Shown piece by piece: positions 55,512 to 64,000 of a DNA stretch of 64,000 nucleotides. This DNA comes from a bacterium (GTDB taxonomy: Bacteria; Patescibacteriota; Minisyncoccia; Minisyncoccales; JAGLPU01). The stretch spans positions 4,121 through 68,120 of the forward strand of contig DAOVZN010000003.1 of assembly GCA_030635055.1 (NCBI GenBank), in the 5' to 3' direction. The notes beneath the pieces are model-generated. The model ran no database searches, was not told the DNA's origin, and saw only the letters and a list, made by a program, of their open reading frames with translations. Both the position numbers and the translations under genes were made by a program. Positions within the stretch are counted from its first letter, which is position 1, and the number at the start of each line of letters is the position of its first letter.

Positions 55512-55937
55512 ATGGCATCAAGACATTTATCGCGCTCTATAGTTATGCAAAGCCTATATGAATGGGATTTCTCCGGCAAAGCGCCGGAAAGCTTAGAGCC
55601 AATTGTCACTAAAAACATTAAAGAATTCGGACCGGGGCTGGAAAATACTGATTTTGTTTGGCAATTGGTAAAAGGCACAGTAGAGCATCTTGAACAAATT
55701 GATAAAATCATCACTAAAGCCGCTCCTCAGTGGCCGGTTGACCAAATAACCATAGTTGACCGCAACATTCTCAGAATGGGGCTTTATGAATTGCTTTATG
55801 AAGATAAGGCGGAAGTTCCTCCCAAAGTGGCCATTAATGAATCTATTGAACTCGCCAAAACTTTTGGAGGAGAATCTTCCGGAAAATTCATAAACGGAGT
55901 TTTAGGAACAGTGTATAAAGAGATAGAAGAAAAATAA
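55512..55937 (+). CDS. nusB: transcription antitermination factor NusB
   Basis: [51 protein letters not shown]. Confidence 0.97.
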   Translation: MASRHLSRSIVMQSLYEWDFSGKAPESLEPIVTKNIKEFGPGLENTDFVWQLVKGTVEHLEQIDKIITKAAPQWPVDQITIVDRNILRMGLYELLYEDKAEVPPKVAINESIELAKTFGGESSGKFINGVLGTVYKEIEEK

Positions 55938-55940
55938 CAA

Positions 55941-55998
55941 CTGTAGGTTATAATTTGCAACACAAGACAATTCTTGAGTTGTAGATTATAAATTGCAG
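55941..55998 (+). promoter_or_regulatory. long stem-loop upstream of rnc (rncO-like RNase III site)
   Basis: CTGTAG.TTATAATTTGCAAC.CAAGA-CAAT-TCTTG.GTTGTAGATTATAA.TTGCAG; about 25 bp including G-U pairs. Confidence 0.65.
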
Positions 55999-56010
55999 AC
56001 TAACAGACAA

Positions 56011-56700
56011 ATGAAAGATTTTGCACTTTTGGAAAAAAAACTGGATGTTAATTTTATCAATAAAGATTTATTAACCCAAGCTTTCATCCATCGTTCTTAC
56101 TTAAACGAAAACCCGAATGCCGGTCTTTGCCATAATGAAAGACTGGAATTTCTCGGCGATGCGGTTCTAGAGCTGGTTGTAACCGACTATCTTTATCAAG
56201 AATATCCTGACAAGGCGGAAGGAGAATTGACTAATTTGAGAGCGGCATTAGTAAACACAAAAATGCTTACTAAAACTTCTCAAAAATTGGGTTTTAATGA
56301 TTTTTTATTGCTTTCACGAGGAGAAGCCAAAGAAACAGGCAAAGCCAGGCAGTATATTTTAGCCAATACTTTCGAAGCTTTTATCGGCGCTGCTTTTCTT
56401 GACCAAGGATATAAGTTATGCGAAAGTTTCATTAGAAAACATATAATAGAAGAGTTGCCCGAAATTATAGCCAGCGGCCTGTATAAAGACAATAAAAGTA
56501 AGTTTCAGGAAAAAGCGCAAGAAATAACCGGAATCACTCCCGCCTATAATGTGCAAAAAGAATCCGGGCCCGACCACGCCAAACAGTTCATAACCGGCGT
56601 TTTCCTTGGTAAAGAGTTAATAGCTGAAGGCGAAGGCTCTTCTAAACAGGAAGCAGAAGAAGAAGCGGCCAAGCACGCTTTGGAAACAAAAAAATGGTAA
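56011..56700 (+). CDS. rnc: ribonuclease III
   Basis: HRSYLNE; NERLEFLGDAVLEL; ANTFEAFIGA; dsRBD GPDHAKQF...GSSKQEAE. Confidence 0.98.
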   Translation: MKDFALLEKKLDVNFINKDLLTQAFIHRSYLNENPNAGLCHNERLEFLGDAVLELVVTDYLYQEYPDKAEGELTNLRAALVNTKMLTKTSQKLGFNDFLLLSRGEAKETGKARQYILANTFEAFIGAAFLDQGYKLCESFIRKHIIEELPEIIASGLYKDNKSKFQEKAQEITGITPAYNVQKESGPDHAKQFITGVFLGKELIAEGEGSSKQEAEEEAAKHALETKKW

Positions 56701-56743
56701 TCAGCCCTTGCTGATTTTATTAATCTATGTTATCTTGCTAAAT

Positions 56744-57232
56744 ATGTTAGTTATTAGACTTTTAAGAACTGGGAAAAAACACCAACCATTTTTTAGAATA
56801 GTGGTTTGTGATAAAAAAAATCCTCCTCAAGGCGGCAGAGCCCTTGAGATTTTAGGTTTTTTTAATCCATTAACTAAAGAAAAGAGTTTTAAAGCAGAAA
56901 GAATAAAATACTGGCTGTCAGTAGGCGCTCAGCCTTCTGACACTGTCCATAACTTTTTAATCGTAGAAAAGATTATTGAAGGGGACAAAGCTAATAAATT
57001 TAAGCTTTCTAAAAAGAAGAAAGAAGAAATTAAAAATAAAGAAGAAGCCGGTAAGGAAGAAGTAAAGACTGAAGAAACAAAAGAAGATTCAAAGGAGGAA
57101 GCTCCAGCTAAAACAACTCCTGAAGAAAAGAAAGAGCCTGAATCTAAACCTGAAGATAAAAAAGAAGAGCCAACTGAAGAAGCTCCAGCTGAAGAAAAAC
57201 CCAAAGAAAAGGGAGAAGAAGTGGAAAAATAA
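56744..57232 (+). CDS. rpsP: 30S ribosomal protein S16 with acidic C-terminal tail
   Basis: IRLLRTGKKHQPFFRIVV; ILGFFNP; YWLSVGAQPSDTV. Confidence 0.96.
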   Translation: MLVIRLLRTGKKHQPFFRIVVCDKKNPPQGGRALEILGFFNPLTKEKSFKAERIKYWLSVGAQPSDTVHNFLIVEKIIEGDKANKFKLSKKKKEEIKNKEEAGKEEVKTEETKEDSKEEAPAKTTPEEKKEPESKPEDKKEEPTEEAPAEEKPKEKGEEVEK

Positions 57233-57359
57233 AGGATTGACAGCTCTATTGCATAAGCGTATACTATATATCGGTAGCATCTCTAGTCTTTCTAAAAAGC
57301 AAAGGGACACGATAAAGTCGAAGCTACTACAATGAAAATAATTAAATATCCGAAAGAAT

Positions 57360-57683
57360 ATGGCAAATAATTCAGATAAAGAATTTCTTGAGACTATAGT
57401 CAAAGCTTTAGTTGACAACCCGGATGATGTAAAAATTGACAGATCAGTGGATGAAATGGGAGTTTTACTTAATTTAAAAGTAAACCCCGAAGACATGGGA
57501 CAAATTATCGGGAAAAGCGGTTCAACCGCTAGAGCTATCAGAAGCTTGGTTAGAATTATCGGTCTTAAAAATCATGCTCGCGTGAATTTAAAGATTGAAG
57601 AACCAGAAGGAGGCAGAGCCCCTAGAAGCAGTGAAACTGCAGAAACAAAACCTTCTGAAAGTTTAGAAGATTTAAAACTGTAA
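57360..57683 (+). CDS. khpA: KH-domain RNA-binding protein KhpA
   Basis: IVKALVDNPDDV; DMGQIIGKSG.TARAIR; follows rpsP. Confidence 0.9.
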   Translation: MANNSDKEFLETIVKALVDNPDDVKIDRSVDEMGVLLNLKVNPEDMGQIIGKSGSTARAIRSLVRIIGLKNHARVNLKIEEPEGGRAPRSSETAETKPSESLEDLKL

Positions 57684-57708
57684 GTTTATTGCATTATTTT
57701 ACAAATAG

Positions 57709-57741
57709 AAACTGCGCTGCCAATGATGGCAGCGCAGTTTT
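57709..57741 (+). terminator. terminator after khpA
   Basis: AAACTGCGCTGCCA-ATGA-TGGCAGCGCAGTTTT. Confidence 0.8.
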
Positions 57742-57752
57742 GCTTCAATAAC

Positions 57753-58430
57753 ATGATAAAATTTGATATCATCACTATTTTCCCTGACATTTTTAACTCC
57801 TACTTTGAGGAGAGCATAATCAAACGAGCTCAAGGGAAAAAGTTAATAAAAATCAATACTCACAATTTGCGTGATTGGACTTCAGACAAACATAAAACTC
57901 TTGACGATAAACCGTTTGGCGGGGGAGCCGGAATGGTCTTAAAAGTTGAGCCTATTTATAGGGCGGTTGAAAAGTTAAAAAAGAAAAAGAACAGCAAGAT
58001 TGTTTTATTAAGCGCCAAAGGAAAGAAGTTTGACCAAGAGATGGCAAGAAAATTCTCTAAATTGGAACAGATCATTTTAATCTGCGGCCGCTATGAAGGA
58101 GTTGACGAAAGAGTGGCTAAACATATTGCCGATGAAGAAATCTCCATTGGTGATTATGTTTTAACCGGAGGAGAACTGCCAGCCATGGCAATCGTGGACG
58201 CGGTATCCAGATTAGTTCCGGGCGTGATAAAAGAAAAATCGCTAAGTGAAGAATCTTTTGAGACAGCCGGTTCTTTGGAGTATCCTCAATACACCAGACC
58301 GGAAATATTTTTACCCAAAGGAAGCAAGAGAGCTTGGAAAGCTCCCAAAGTGCTGCTTTCAGGAAATCATAAAGAAATAGGAGAATGGCAAGCAAAACAC
58401 AAAAAAACAGCAAAAAGAATTGAAAAATAA
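57753..58430 (+). CDS. trmD: tRNA (guanine-N1)-methyltransferase
   Basis: IITIFPD; DDKPFGGGAGMV; CGRYEGVDERV; SIGDYVLTGGE; YPQYTRP. Confidence 0.98.
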   Translation: MIKFDIITIFPDIFNSYFEESIIKRAQGKKLIKINTHNLRDWTSDKHKTLDDKPFGGGAGMVLKVEPIYRAVEKLKKKKNSKIVLLSAKGKKFDQEMARKFSKLEQIILICGRYEGVDERVAKHIADEEISIGDYVLTGGELPAMAIVDAVSRLVPGVIKEKSLSEESFETAGSLEYPQYTRPEIFLPKGSKRAWKAPKVLLSGNHKEIGEWQAKHKKTAKRIEK

Positions 58431-58456
58431 ATATTTTTGTGATAGCATTGCAACAT

Positions 58457-58540
58457 GGGTAGGTGGCGGAGTGGTCAAACGCACGAGTCTGTAAAACTCG
58501 CGGCTTTATGCCTACGGGGGTTCAAGTCCCTCCCTGCCCG
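58457..58540 (+). tRNA. tRNA-Tyr(GTA)
   Basis: GGGTAGG/CCTGCCC; CGAGT-CTGTAAA-ACTCG; long variable arm; GTTCAAGT. Confidence 0.93.
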
Positions 58541-58548
58541 CACAATGC

Positions 58549-58621
58549 GCCAGGGTAGCTCAGTTGGTAGAGCATTCCCATGGTAAGGGAAAGGTCGCGA
58601 GTTCGAATCTCGCCTCTGGCT
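58549..58621 (+). tRNA. tRNA-Thr(GGT)
   Basis: GCCAGGG/CTCTGGC; TTCCC-ATGGTAA-GGGAA; GTTCGAAT. Confidence 0.95.
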
Positions 58622-58655
58622 CAGAACCAACACTATATTATTAAACAAAAGAAAT

Positions 58656-58817
58656 ATGGCAACTAAAAAACCTTTTACAAAGCTACGCTGCCAGGATTGT
58701 AAGGAAATAAATTACTTTACACATAAAACCAAACAAGTAGCTGACACAAAACTGGAAATGAAAAAATTCTGCAACACTTGCAGAAAACATACTGTCCATA
58801 AGGAAATGAAAAAATAG
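58656..58817 (+). CDS. rpmG: 50S ribosomal protein L33 (not in ORF track)
   Basis: Manual translation MATKKPFTKLRCQDCKEINYFTHK...KLEMKKFCNTCRKHTVHKEMKK*. Confidence 0.95.
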   Translation: MATKKPFTKLRCQDCKEINYFTHKTKQVADTKLEMKKFCNTCRKHTVHKEMKK

Positions 58818-58822
58818 TTCAG

Positions 58823-58893
58823 GGGGGTTTAGTTTAATGGCAGAATAATGGTCTCCAAAACCATTGATGGGGGTTCGACTCCCTCAACCCCTG
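58823..58893 (+). tRNA. tRNA-Trp(CCA)
   Basis: GGGGGTT/AACCCCT; ATGGT-CTCCAAA-ACCAT; GTTCGACT; G73. Confidence 0.94.
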
Positions 58894-58922
58894 CAAGCTA
58901 AACATCCTCTTGTTTTCTAAAT

Positions 58923-58948
58923 AAAAGTCCCCTTAACAGGGGATTTTT
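58923..58948 (+). terminator. terminator after tRNA-Trp
   Basis: AAAAGTCCCCT-TAAC-AGGGGATTTTT. Confidence 0.75.
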
Positions 58949-59043
58949 ATTTTTAGTTTGTAGTAAAATATAGTGTTAAAAAAAGAATAAAATATCCACA
59001 CTTGACAAACCTTTTTGATTTGGAATATAATTACTAGTAGAAA

Positions 59044-59343
59044 TTTAAAAAGAAGCAATATAGAGTGAGTTGTGGACAATTTTTGTAGTTTGAATTGCAA
59101 AGCAGTTTAGATTATGGAAACTAAGGGATCCCCCTCATGTATTTGGATTCTTCCTTTTTTTGAAACCTAGGTTTTAAGGAGTTTGAGAACGCCGGAAAAG
59201 GAGTGGCCAATGCAAGAGAAAGCTTTTTCTCTTTTCTTGCAAAAGACAAGAGAAGCATTCTTCATAGAATGCTATGTTTTACAACTCACTCTATATCGCT
59301 TTTTTTAAAGCAAGGTTCTGCCTAAACAGAACCTTGTTTTTTT
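59044..59343 (+). ncRNA. candidate ~300-nt structured ncRNA with long closing stem and terminator
   Basis: TTGACA (59002)-18-TATAAT; 59044-59073 pairs with 59281-59309 (16-bp perfect core ATATAGAGTGAGTTGT); internal hairpins; terminator CAAGGTTCTG-CCTAAA-CAGAACCTTG-T7; no ORF in track. Confidence 0.65.
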
Positions 59344-59389
59344 GTTGGAAAATTGCTAAAATATATTACTAATATCTAATCTAAAAACT

Positions 59390-61000
59390 ATGAACAAAAA
59401 AATCATCATTGTCTTAGTTCTCATTGTTTCAGCTATTCTTCTCTACCAAGTTATTTTCAAGGAAAGCGAGCCTGAATACACTTTGACTGAAGTAAAAAGA
59501 GATACTGTTGTCCAAGAAATCTCTGAGACAGGTATGGTCAAAAGGGGAGAAAAAATAGGACTCAGTTTTGAAAACACCGGACGAATTGCCGCGGTGAATA
59601 TCAGTGTTGGAGATATAGTAAAGGCGGGACAAGCTTTAGCCAGCCTGGAAACCAGCCAATTGCAAATCCAGCTTCAAGAAGCATCTGCCGCTTTGGAATT
59701 ATCTCAGGCCGAACTTAATAAACTACTGTCCGGAGCCAGCGCAGAAACAATACGAGTCGCTCAAACAGCAGTTGATAATGCTGAAATAAGCCTGGAAAAC
59801 GCGCAACAAAACGAACAAAATGTAAAAGTCATTGCTCAAGAGGATATAGAGCAGGACTATGAAGATGGTTTAAATTCTTTAGACGACGCTTATCTAAAAA
59901 TATATAACGCATATAATGCAATAGATTCTTTACAAAGAACCTATTTTAGCGGCAACGACCAAGAAAGCATTACAGTTAAGGGGAGCAAAACAACCATAGA
60001 AAATGCTATGCTCCAAACAGAGCCATATATCGCCGACGCTAAAAGTTCAGGAGAGAACGAAAGCATTGATATGGCTTTAATTGAAGTAAAAGACGCTTTA
60101 AATAAAATCTATAACGCTCTGGAAATAACCAGGGAGACATGCGAAGCAATAACTTATCGCGACACAGTTTCCTCAACCGACAAAACAACGATAGACACTC
60201 AAAAAACAAATATCAACACCAGTTTGACCAGTATTATCAGCGCTCAGCAAGCCATAGCTTCAACTAAGCTGACTAATGCCTCTAATATCAATACTGCTGA
60301 ATCTTCAACAGCCACGGCCGAAGGAGTTTTAAAAACAGCTCAAGACAACCTGGCTTTAACCACAGCCGACCCGCGTCAAGAAGATATTGTTTTATATCAA
60401 GCCAAAGTTCAACGGGCCCAATCTAATCTAGCCTTGCTTAAGAATCAAATCGCCAAAGCCACTTTGTTCTGCCCGACAAACGGACAGGTTATAGGAGTGG
60501 ATAAAAAAGTTGGAGAGATGGTTCAACCAACAGGTATTATTATCACGCTTCTGCCTTCAATCCCATTTCAAATAGAAACAGATATTTACGAAGAAGATAT
60601 CGTAAAGATAAATATTGGAAATCCGGTAGATATTTTTTTAATCGCCTTTCCCGACCAAATTTTTAAAGGCAAGGTTATGTTCGTTGATCCGGCTGAAAAA
60701 CTGATGGATGGAGTAGTTTATTACAAAATAATTATTGATTTTTCCGATGGAATTGAAGAATCACTGGAGGGAGTCAAACAGGGGATGACAGCTGATTTAA
60801 TCATTAAAACAGCTCAAAAAGAAAATGTTTTAGTCATTGATGAAGATGCAGTTCAGGAAAAAGACGATAAAGTTTTTGTTGAAGTTTTAACAGATGGGAA
60901 AATTGAAGAGAGAGAAATAGAAACAGGTCTTTTGGGCAGTAATGATATGATGGAAATTATCTCAGGACTAGAAGCCGGAGAAAAAGTAATTTTAAGATAA
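59390..61000 (+). CDS. efflux membrane fusion (MacA/HlyD-like) adaptor
   Basis: N-terminal TM; LSFENTGRIAAVNISVGDIVKAGQ.LA; long coiled coil; IETGLLG...EIISGL.AGEKV. Confidence 0.9.
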   Translation: MNKKIIIVLVLIVSAILLYQVIFKESEPEYTLTEVKRDTVVQEISETGMVKRGEKIGLSFENTGRIAAVNISVGDIVKAGQALASLETSQLQIQLQEASAALELSQAELNKLLSGASAETIRVAQTAVDNAEISLENAQQNEQNVKVIAQEDIEQDYEDGLNSLDDAYLKIYNAYNAIDSLQRTYFSGNDQESITVKGSKTTIENAMLQTEPYIADAKSSGENESIDMALIEVKDALNKIYNALEITRETCEAITYRDTVSSTDKTTIDTQKTNINTSLTSIISAQQAIASTKLTNASNINTAESSTATAEGVLKTAQDNLALTTADPRQEDIVLYQAKVQRAQSNLALLKNQIAKATLFCPTNGQVIGVDKKVGEMVQPTGIIITLLPSIPFQIETDIYEEDIVKINIGNPVDIFLIAFPDQIFKGKVMFVDPAEKLMDGVVYYKIIIDFSDGIEESLEGVKQGMTADLIIKTAQKENVLVIDEDAVQEKDDKVFVEVLTDGKIEEREIETGLLGSNDMMEIISGLEAGEKVILR

Positions 61001-61008
61001 ACTTTAAG

Positions 61009-61725
61009 ATGAACATAGAGCCAATTATTAAACTAGAGAATGTCTGGAAGATTTATCAACTAGGCAAAACAGAATTGGCCGCTTTGAGAGGATTGAGCCT
61101 GGAAATTAATCCAGGCGATTTTGTCGCTATTATGGGAGCTTCCGGGTCTGGAAAATCCACTCTTTTAAATATGATTGGATGCCTGGATTCTCCAAGCAGG
61201 GGGGAAATTTATCTAAAAGGAAAAAATATCGCAAAGATGCCGGAAAGCGAACTTTCTCAGTTTAGAGGAAAAGTGTTGGGATTTGTTTTTCAAGAATTTA
61301 ATTTAATCCCAAACATCAACTGTCTAGAAAATGTAATGCTTCCTATGATATTTCAAAGAGTCCCGTTTTTAAAAAGAAAAGCAAAAGCAGAAGAGATTTT
61401 AAAAATGGTTGGATTGGAAAAAAGGATGGTTCATCAACCGGCAGAACTTTCCGGAGGAGAAAGGCAGAGAGTGGCGCTGGCAAGAGCTTTTGCCAATGAC
61501 CCGGAAGTGATCATAGCCGATGAACCAACCGGAAATCTTGATTCAACCACCGGAAAGATGATAATGGAATTTTTGAAAACTTTTCATGAAAAACGGGGAA
61601 AGACAATGATTATTGTGACCCATGATCCAAAAATCGCAAATTATGCCGAAAAAATAATAAACATTAAAGACGGACAAATAGTTAAAAATGGCTTAACAGC
61701 TAAGGAATCTTTATGGAAGAACTAA
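61009..61725 (+). CDS. ABC transporter ATP-binding protein (MacB/LolD-like)
   Basis: GASGSGKST; LSGGERQRVALARA; ADEPTGNLD; VTHD. Confidence 0.95.
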   Translation: MNIEPIIKLENVWKIYQLGKTELAALRGLSLEINPGDFVAIMGASGSGKSTLLNMIGCLDSPSRGEIYLKGKNIAKMPESELSQFRGKVLGFVFQEFNLIPNINCLENVMLPMIFQRVPFLKRKAKAEEILKMVGLEKRMVHQPAELSGGERQRVALARAFANDPEVIIADEPTGNLDSTTGKMIMEFLKTFHEKRGKTMIIVTHDPKIANYAEKIINIKDGQIVKNGLTAKESLWKN

Positions 61726-62942
61726 AAGAATATTTTAGGATCGCATTTAGAAATATAAAGACCAGACGCCTAAGAAGCTTCTTGACTGTTTTAGGTATTG
61801 TTATCGGCGTGTTTTTAATAGTTTCCTTGCTTTCTTTGAGCGAAGGATTAAAAACAACCATTAACCAGCAATTACAGGCAATGGGCGGAGAAATGGTTAT
61901 GGTGATGCCCGGCGGTGAGGAAGACATTTTAACGAGCATGATGTTCGGCGGCGCCAAATTAGAAAAAGAAGATATTGAGGCAATTAAAAAAGCAAAAGGC
62001 GTAGATGAGGTTTTGGGAATTTCCTACACCGGAACAGTAGCCAGATACAAAGACGAATCAAAACAAATTGCCATGTGCGGTTATGAACCATGGAAAGAAG
62101 GTTTGGATATTTTAAGTATTTTTCAGGGTTGGAGTTTGACTGAAGGAAGATGGCCCAGCAAGGGAAATCAGCTTTTAATCGGCCAATATGTAGCCAATGA
62201 AACTTTCTCAAAAAAGGTAAAAGCAGGCTCGGAAATGACGATAAAAGGGAAAAAATTTGAGGTGGCGGGAATATTGGATTCTTTAGGAAGTCGACAAGAT
62301 GACAGTATGGTTTATATGGATATGAAGGTATATCAAGAGCTGACAGGAGAGAAACGCGGCAGTGCCGCGTACGCCATGGTTAAACTTGAAGAAGGAGCAG
62401 ATGAAAACATCGTGAAAACAGAAATTGAAAGCAGCCTTGAAGAAACAAGAAAAAGAAGGGCTGACACCGATGTGGCTGATTTTTCTGTTATTACCTCAGA
62501 AAAGATGTCAGAGATAACCGGCACTATTTTAGGAATAATTGAGGTTGTTATTATTGGATTTGCCAGCATTGCCATTCTCGTGGGAGGTATTGGAATCACA
62601 AACAGCATGTTCACTTCAATCAGAGAAAGGACCAAAGAAATTGGAATTATGAAAGCAATTGGGGCTAAAAATTCAGCAATTCTGTCAATTTTCTTGATTG
62701 AAGCGGGAATAGTAGGAATTTTGGGAGGTCTGGGCGGAGTATTGCTGGGAAGTATTCTTGCCAAAGCAATTGATTATTATGGCCAGGCAAACCCAACCTT
62801 TTATTTCACAACAACTATTTCTCCTTGGATGATCATTTTCGCTATCATTTTTTCATTTTCCATAGGATGTTTGGCGGGATTTTTTCCAGCCAGAGCGGCT
62901 GCCAAACTCAAGCCGGTTGAGGCTTTAAGAAAATATGAGTGA
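61713..62942 (+). CDS. ABC transporter permease (MacB/FtsX-like)
   Basis: RSFLTVLGIVIGV; GGIGITNSMFTSIRERTKEIGIMKAIGA; PARAAAKL.PVEALR. Confidence 0.95.
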   Translation: MEELKEYFRIAFRNIKTRRLRSFLTVLGIVIGVFLIVSLLSLSEGLKTTINQQLQAMGGEMVMVMPGGEEDILTSMMFGGAKLEKEDIEAIKKAKGVDEVLGISYTGTVARYKDESKQIAMCGYEPWKEGLDILSIFQGWSLTEGRWPSKGNQLLIGQYVANETFSKKVKAGSEMTIKGKKFEVAGILDSLGSRQDDSMVYMDMKVYQELTGEKRGSAAYAMVKLEEGADENIVKTEIESSLEETRKRRADTDVADFSVITSEKMSEITGTILGIIEVVIIGFASIAILVGGIGITNSMFTSIRERTKEIGIMKAIGAKNSAILSIFLIEAGIVGILGGLGGVLLGSILAKAIDYYGQANPTFYFTTTISPWMIIFAIIFSFSIGCLAGFFPARAAAKLKPVEALRKYE

Positions 62943-63543
62943 TTTGATCAATTCCTTAATCGAAAAAGGCTGGTTGAAAACTCCACGGATTATTAAGGCT
63001 TTCCAGAAAATCAGCAGAAACGACTTTATCCCTGAAGGCATGAAGCATTTCTCTGAATTTGACGAACCAATGCCTATTGGCTGGGATCAAACAATATCCC
63101 AACCTTTAGTGGCTGCTTTTATGCTGGAACAGCTTAAACCCATGCTAGGAGACAAAATTTTGGATATTGGTTCCGGCTCCGGATGGACTACTGCTTTACT
63201 GGCTGAGATCGTCGGGCCTAAAGGAAAAGTTATTGCTCTGGAAATAATTCCTGAATTAAAAGAATTTGGCGAAAAAAATGCAGCCAAGTACAATGGTATC
63301 ACAGAATTTATTTGCGCTGACGGTTCAAAGGGATATAATAAAGAAGCTCCATTTGATAAAATATTGGTCTCGGCGGCAGTTCAAACTAAACAAATCCCTG
63401 TGGCATGGCAAGAACAACTTAAAACAGGAGGGAAAATAGTCGCTCCTATTGGTTCTTCCATTTGGCTATTTGAAAAAACAGAAACCGAAATAAAAAAAAC
63501 CGAACACACCGGTTTTGCTTTCGTTCCTTTGGTGGAAAAATAA
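62935..63543 (+). CDS. pcm: protein-L-isoaspartate O-methyltransferase
   Basis: QTISQP; ILDIGSGSGWTTALLA; DGSKG...APFDKILVSAA; FAFVPLV. Confidence 0.95.
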   Translation: MSDLINSLIEKGWLKTPRIIKAFQKISRNDFIPEGMKHFSEFDEPMPIGWDQTISQPLVAAFMLEQLKPMLGDKILDIGSGSGWTTALLAEIVGPKGKVIALEIIPELKEFGEKNAAKYNGITEFICADGSKGYNKEAPFDKILVSAAVQTKQIPVAWQEQLKTGGKIVAPIGSSIWLFEKTETEIKKTEHTGFAFVPLVEK

Positions 63544-63544
63544 T

Positions 63545-64000
63545 ATGAAAACATACGCAAAAATCATAATTGGTTTTCTTCTGGTGGCAGCTTGCCTTTT
63601 GTTTTTTGCGTGGCAGGGTATTTATCTCGCTAAAAGCACGGAAACTCAATATAAGGTCTTTGTCGTGGAAAAAGGACAGGGGCTTTTCCAAATTGCATCC
63701 AATTTGGAAGAACAAGATTTAATTAAAAACAAAATCTTTTTTGAGATTTATTTAACATGGCAACAAAAGAGCCGCCTGTTGCAGGCGGGAAAATATTTGC
63801 TTTCCGCTTCCATGAGTGTTCCTGAAATTGCCGCGGAAATTCTCAGAGGGAAAAGCAACCAAGAAAAAATCACTATTATTGAAGGCTGGGATTCAAGAGA
63901 TATCGCGCAGTATTTGGAAAACAAAGAAATGTTTCAATATTATGAATTGTTTGAATTTACAGGCTTTCCGATGAGAGATTATACGGAGTATAAAGAAGAC
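63545..64000 (+). CDS. mltG: endolytic transglycosylase MltG (3'-truncated; not in ORF track)
   Basis: Manual translation: TM, FVVEKGQGLFQIASNLEEQDLIK..LQAGKYLLSASMS.PEI...ITIIEGW; frame open to window end. Confidence 0.9.
   Translation, partial: MKTYAKIIIGFLLVAACLLFFAWQGIYLAKSTETQYKVFVVEKGQGLFQIASNLEEQDLIKNKIFFEIYLTWQQKSRLLQAGKYLLSASMSVPEIAAEILRGKSNQEKITIIEGWDSRDIAQYLENKEMFQYYELFEFTGFPMRDYTEYKED

Noticed and set aside
55512..55937. nusB as a dedicated component of the adjacent cassette array
   Set aside because: It sits in an rpmF-nusB-rnc housekeeping cluster, so adjacency is probably coincidental, though it shows the boxA machinery is encoded.
4318..57232. Charged extensions on S9, S11, S16 and L32 as novelty
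   Set aside because: Low-complexity extensions of ribosomal proteins are common in CPR bacteria.
59044..59343. tmRNA, RNase P RNA or SRP RNA assignment
   Set aside because: Hallmark sequences (tRNA-like GGGG...CCA ends, GAGGAAAGUCC, SRP helix 8 context) were not found, so it is left unassigned.
1..64000. Alternative genetic code (TGA=Gly, table 25)
   Set aside because: TGA terminates intact genes (e.g. the M50 protease at 18094 and the MFS at 10685), and core genes translate fully under table 11.

Overview
A 64-kb chromosomal segment from a reduced, AT-rich bacterium. Gene content, gene order and housekeeping starts without Shine-Dalgarno (SD) motifs point to Patescibacteria/CPR (Parcubacteria-like; inference), using translation table 11. 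The backbone is housekeeping: end of the alpha ribosomal operon, murA, two mreB, holB, frr, gatCAB, pheST, gyrB (frameshifted in an A8 run and carrying an HNH intein), secE-nusG-rplK, a dTMP-synthesis cluster (dCMP deaminase, thyX, glyA, tmk-deoC fusion), miaA/miaB, dnaE, rnhB, rpmF-nusB-rnc-rpsP-khpA-trmD, six tRNAs, a MacAB-like ABC system, pcm and mltG. The main unexplained signal is a dispersed family of about 13 stand-alone expression cassettes. Each has a near-consensus sigma70 promoter, a boxA-like element (clear in about 10, weak in 3), a strong GGTGA/GAGG-type SD motif absent from the housekeeping starts I inspected, an orphan or pseudo-enzyme ORF, and an intrinsic terminator. Several cassettes share near-identical leaders while carrying different ORFs (7961/8728; 10682/11221; 53538/54081/54769). 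Two promoter- and terminator-bounded candidate ncRNAs (about 49.2 kb and 59.0 kb) also stand out. All protein family calls come from motif recognition by eye; no database searches were run.
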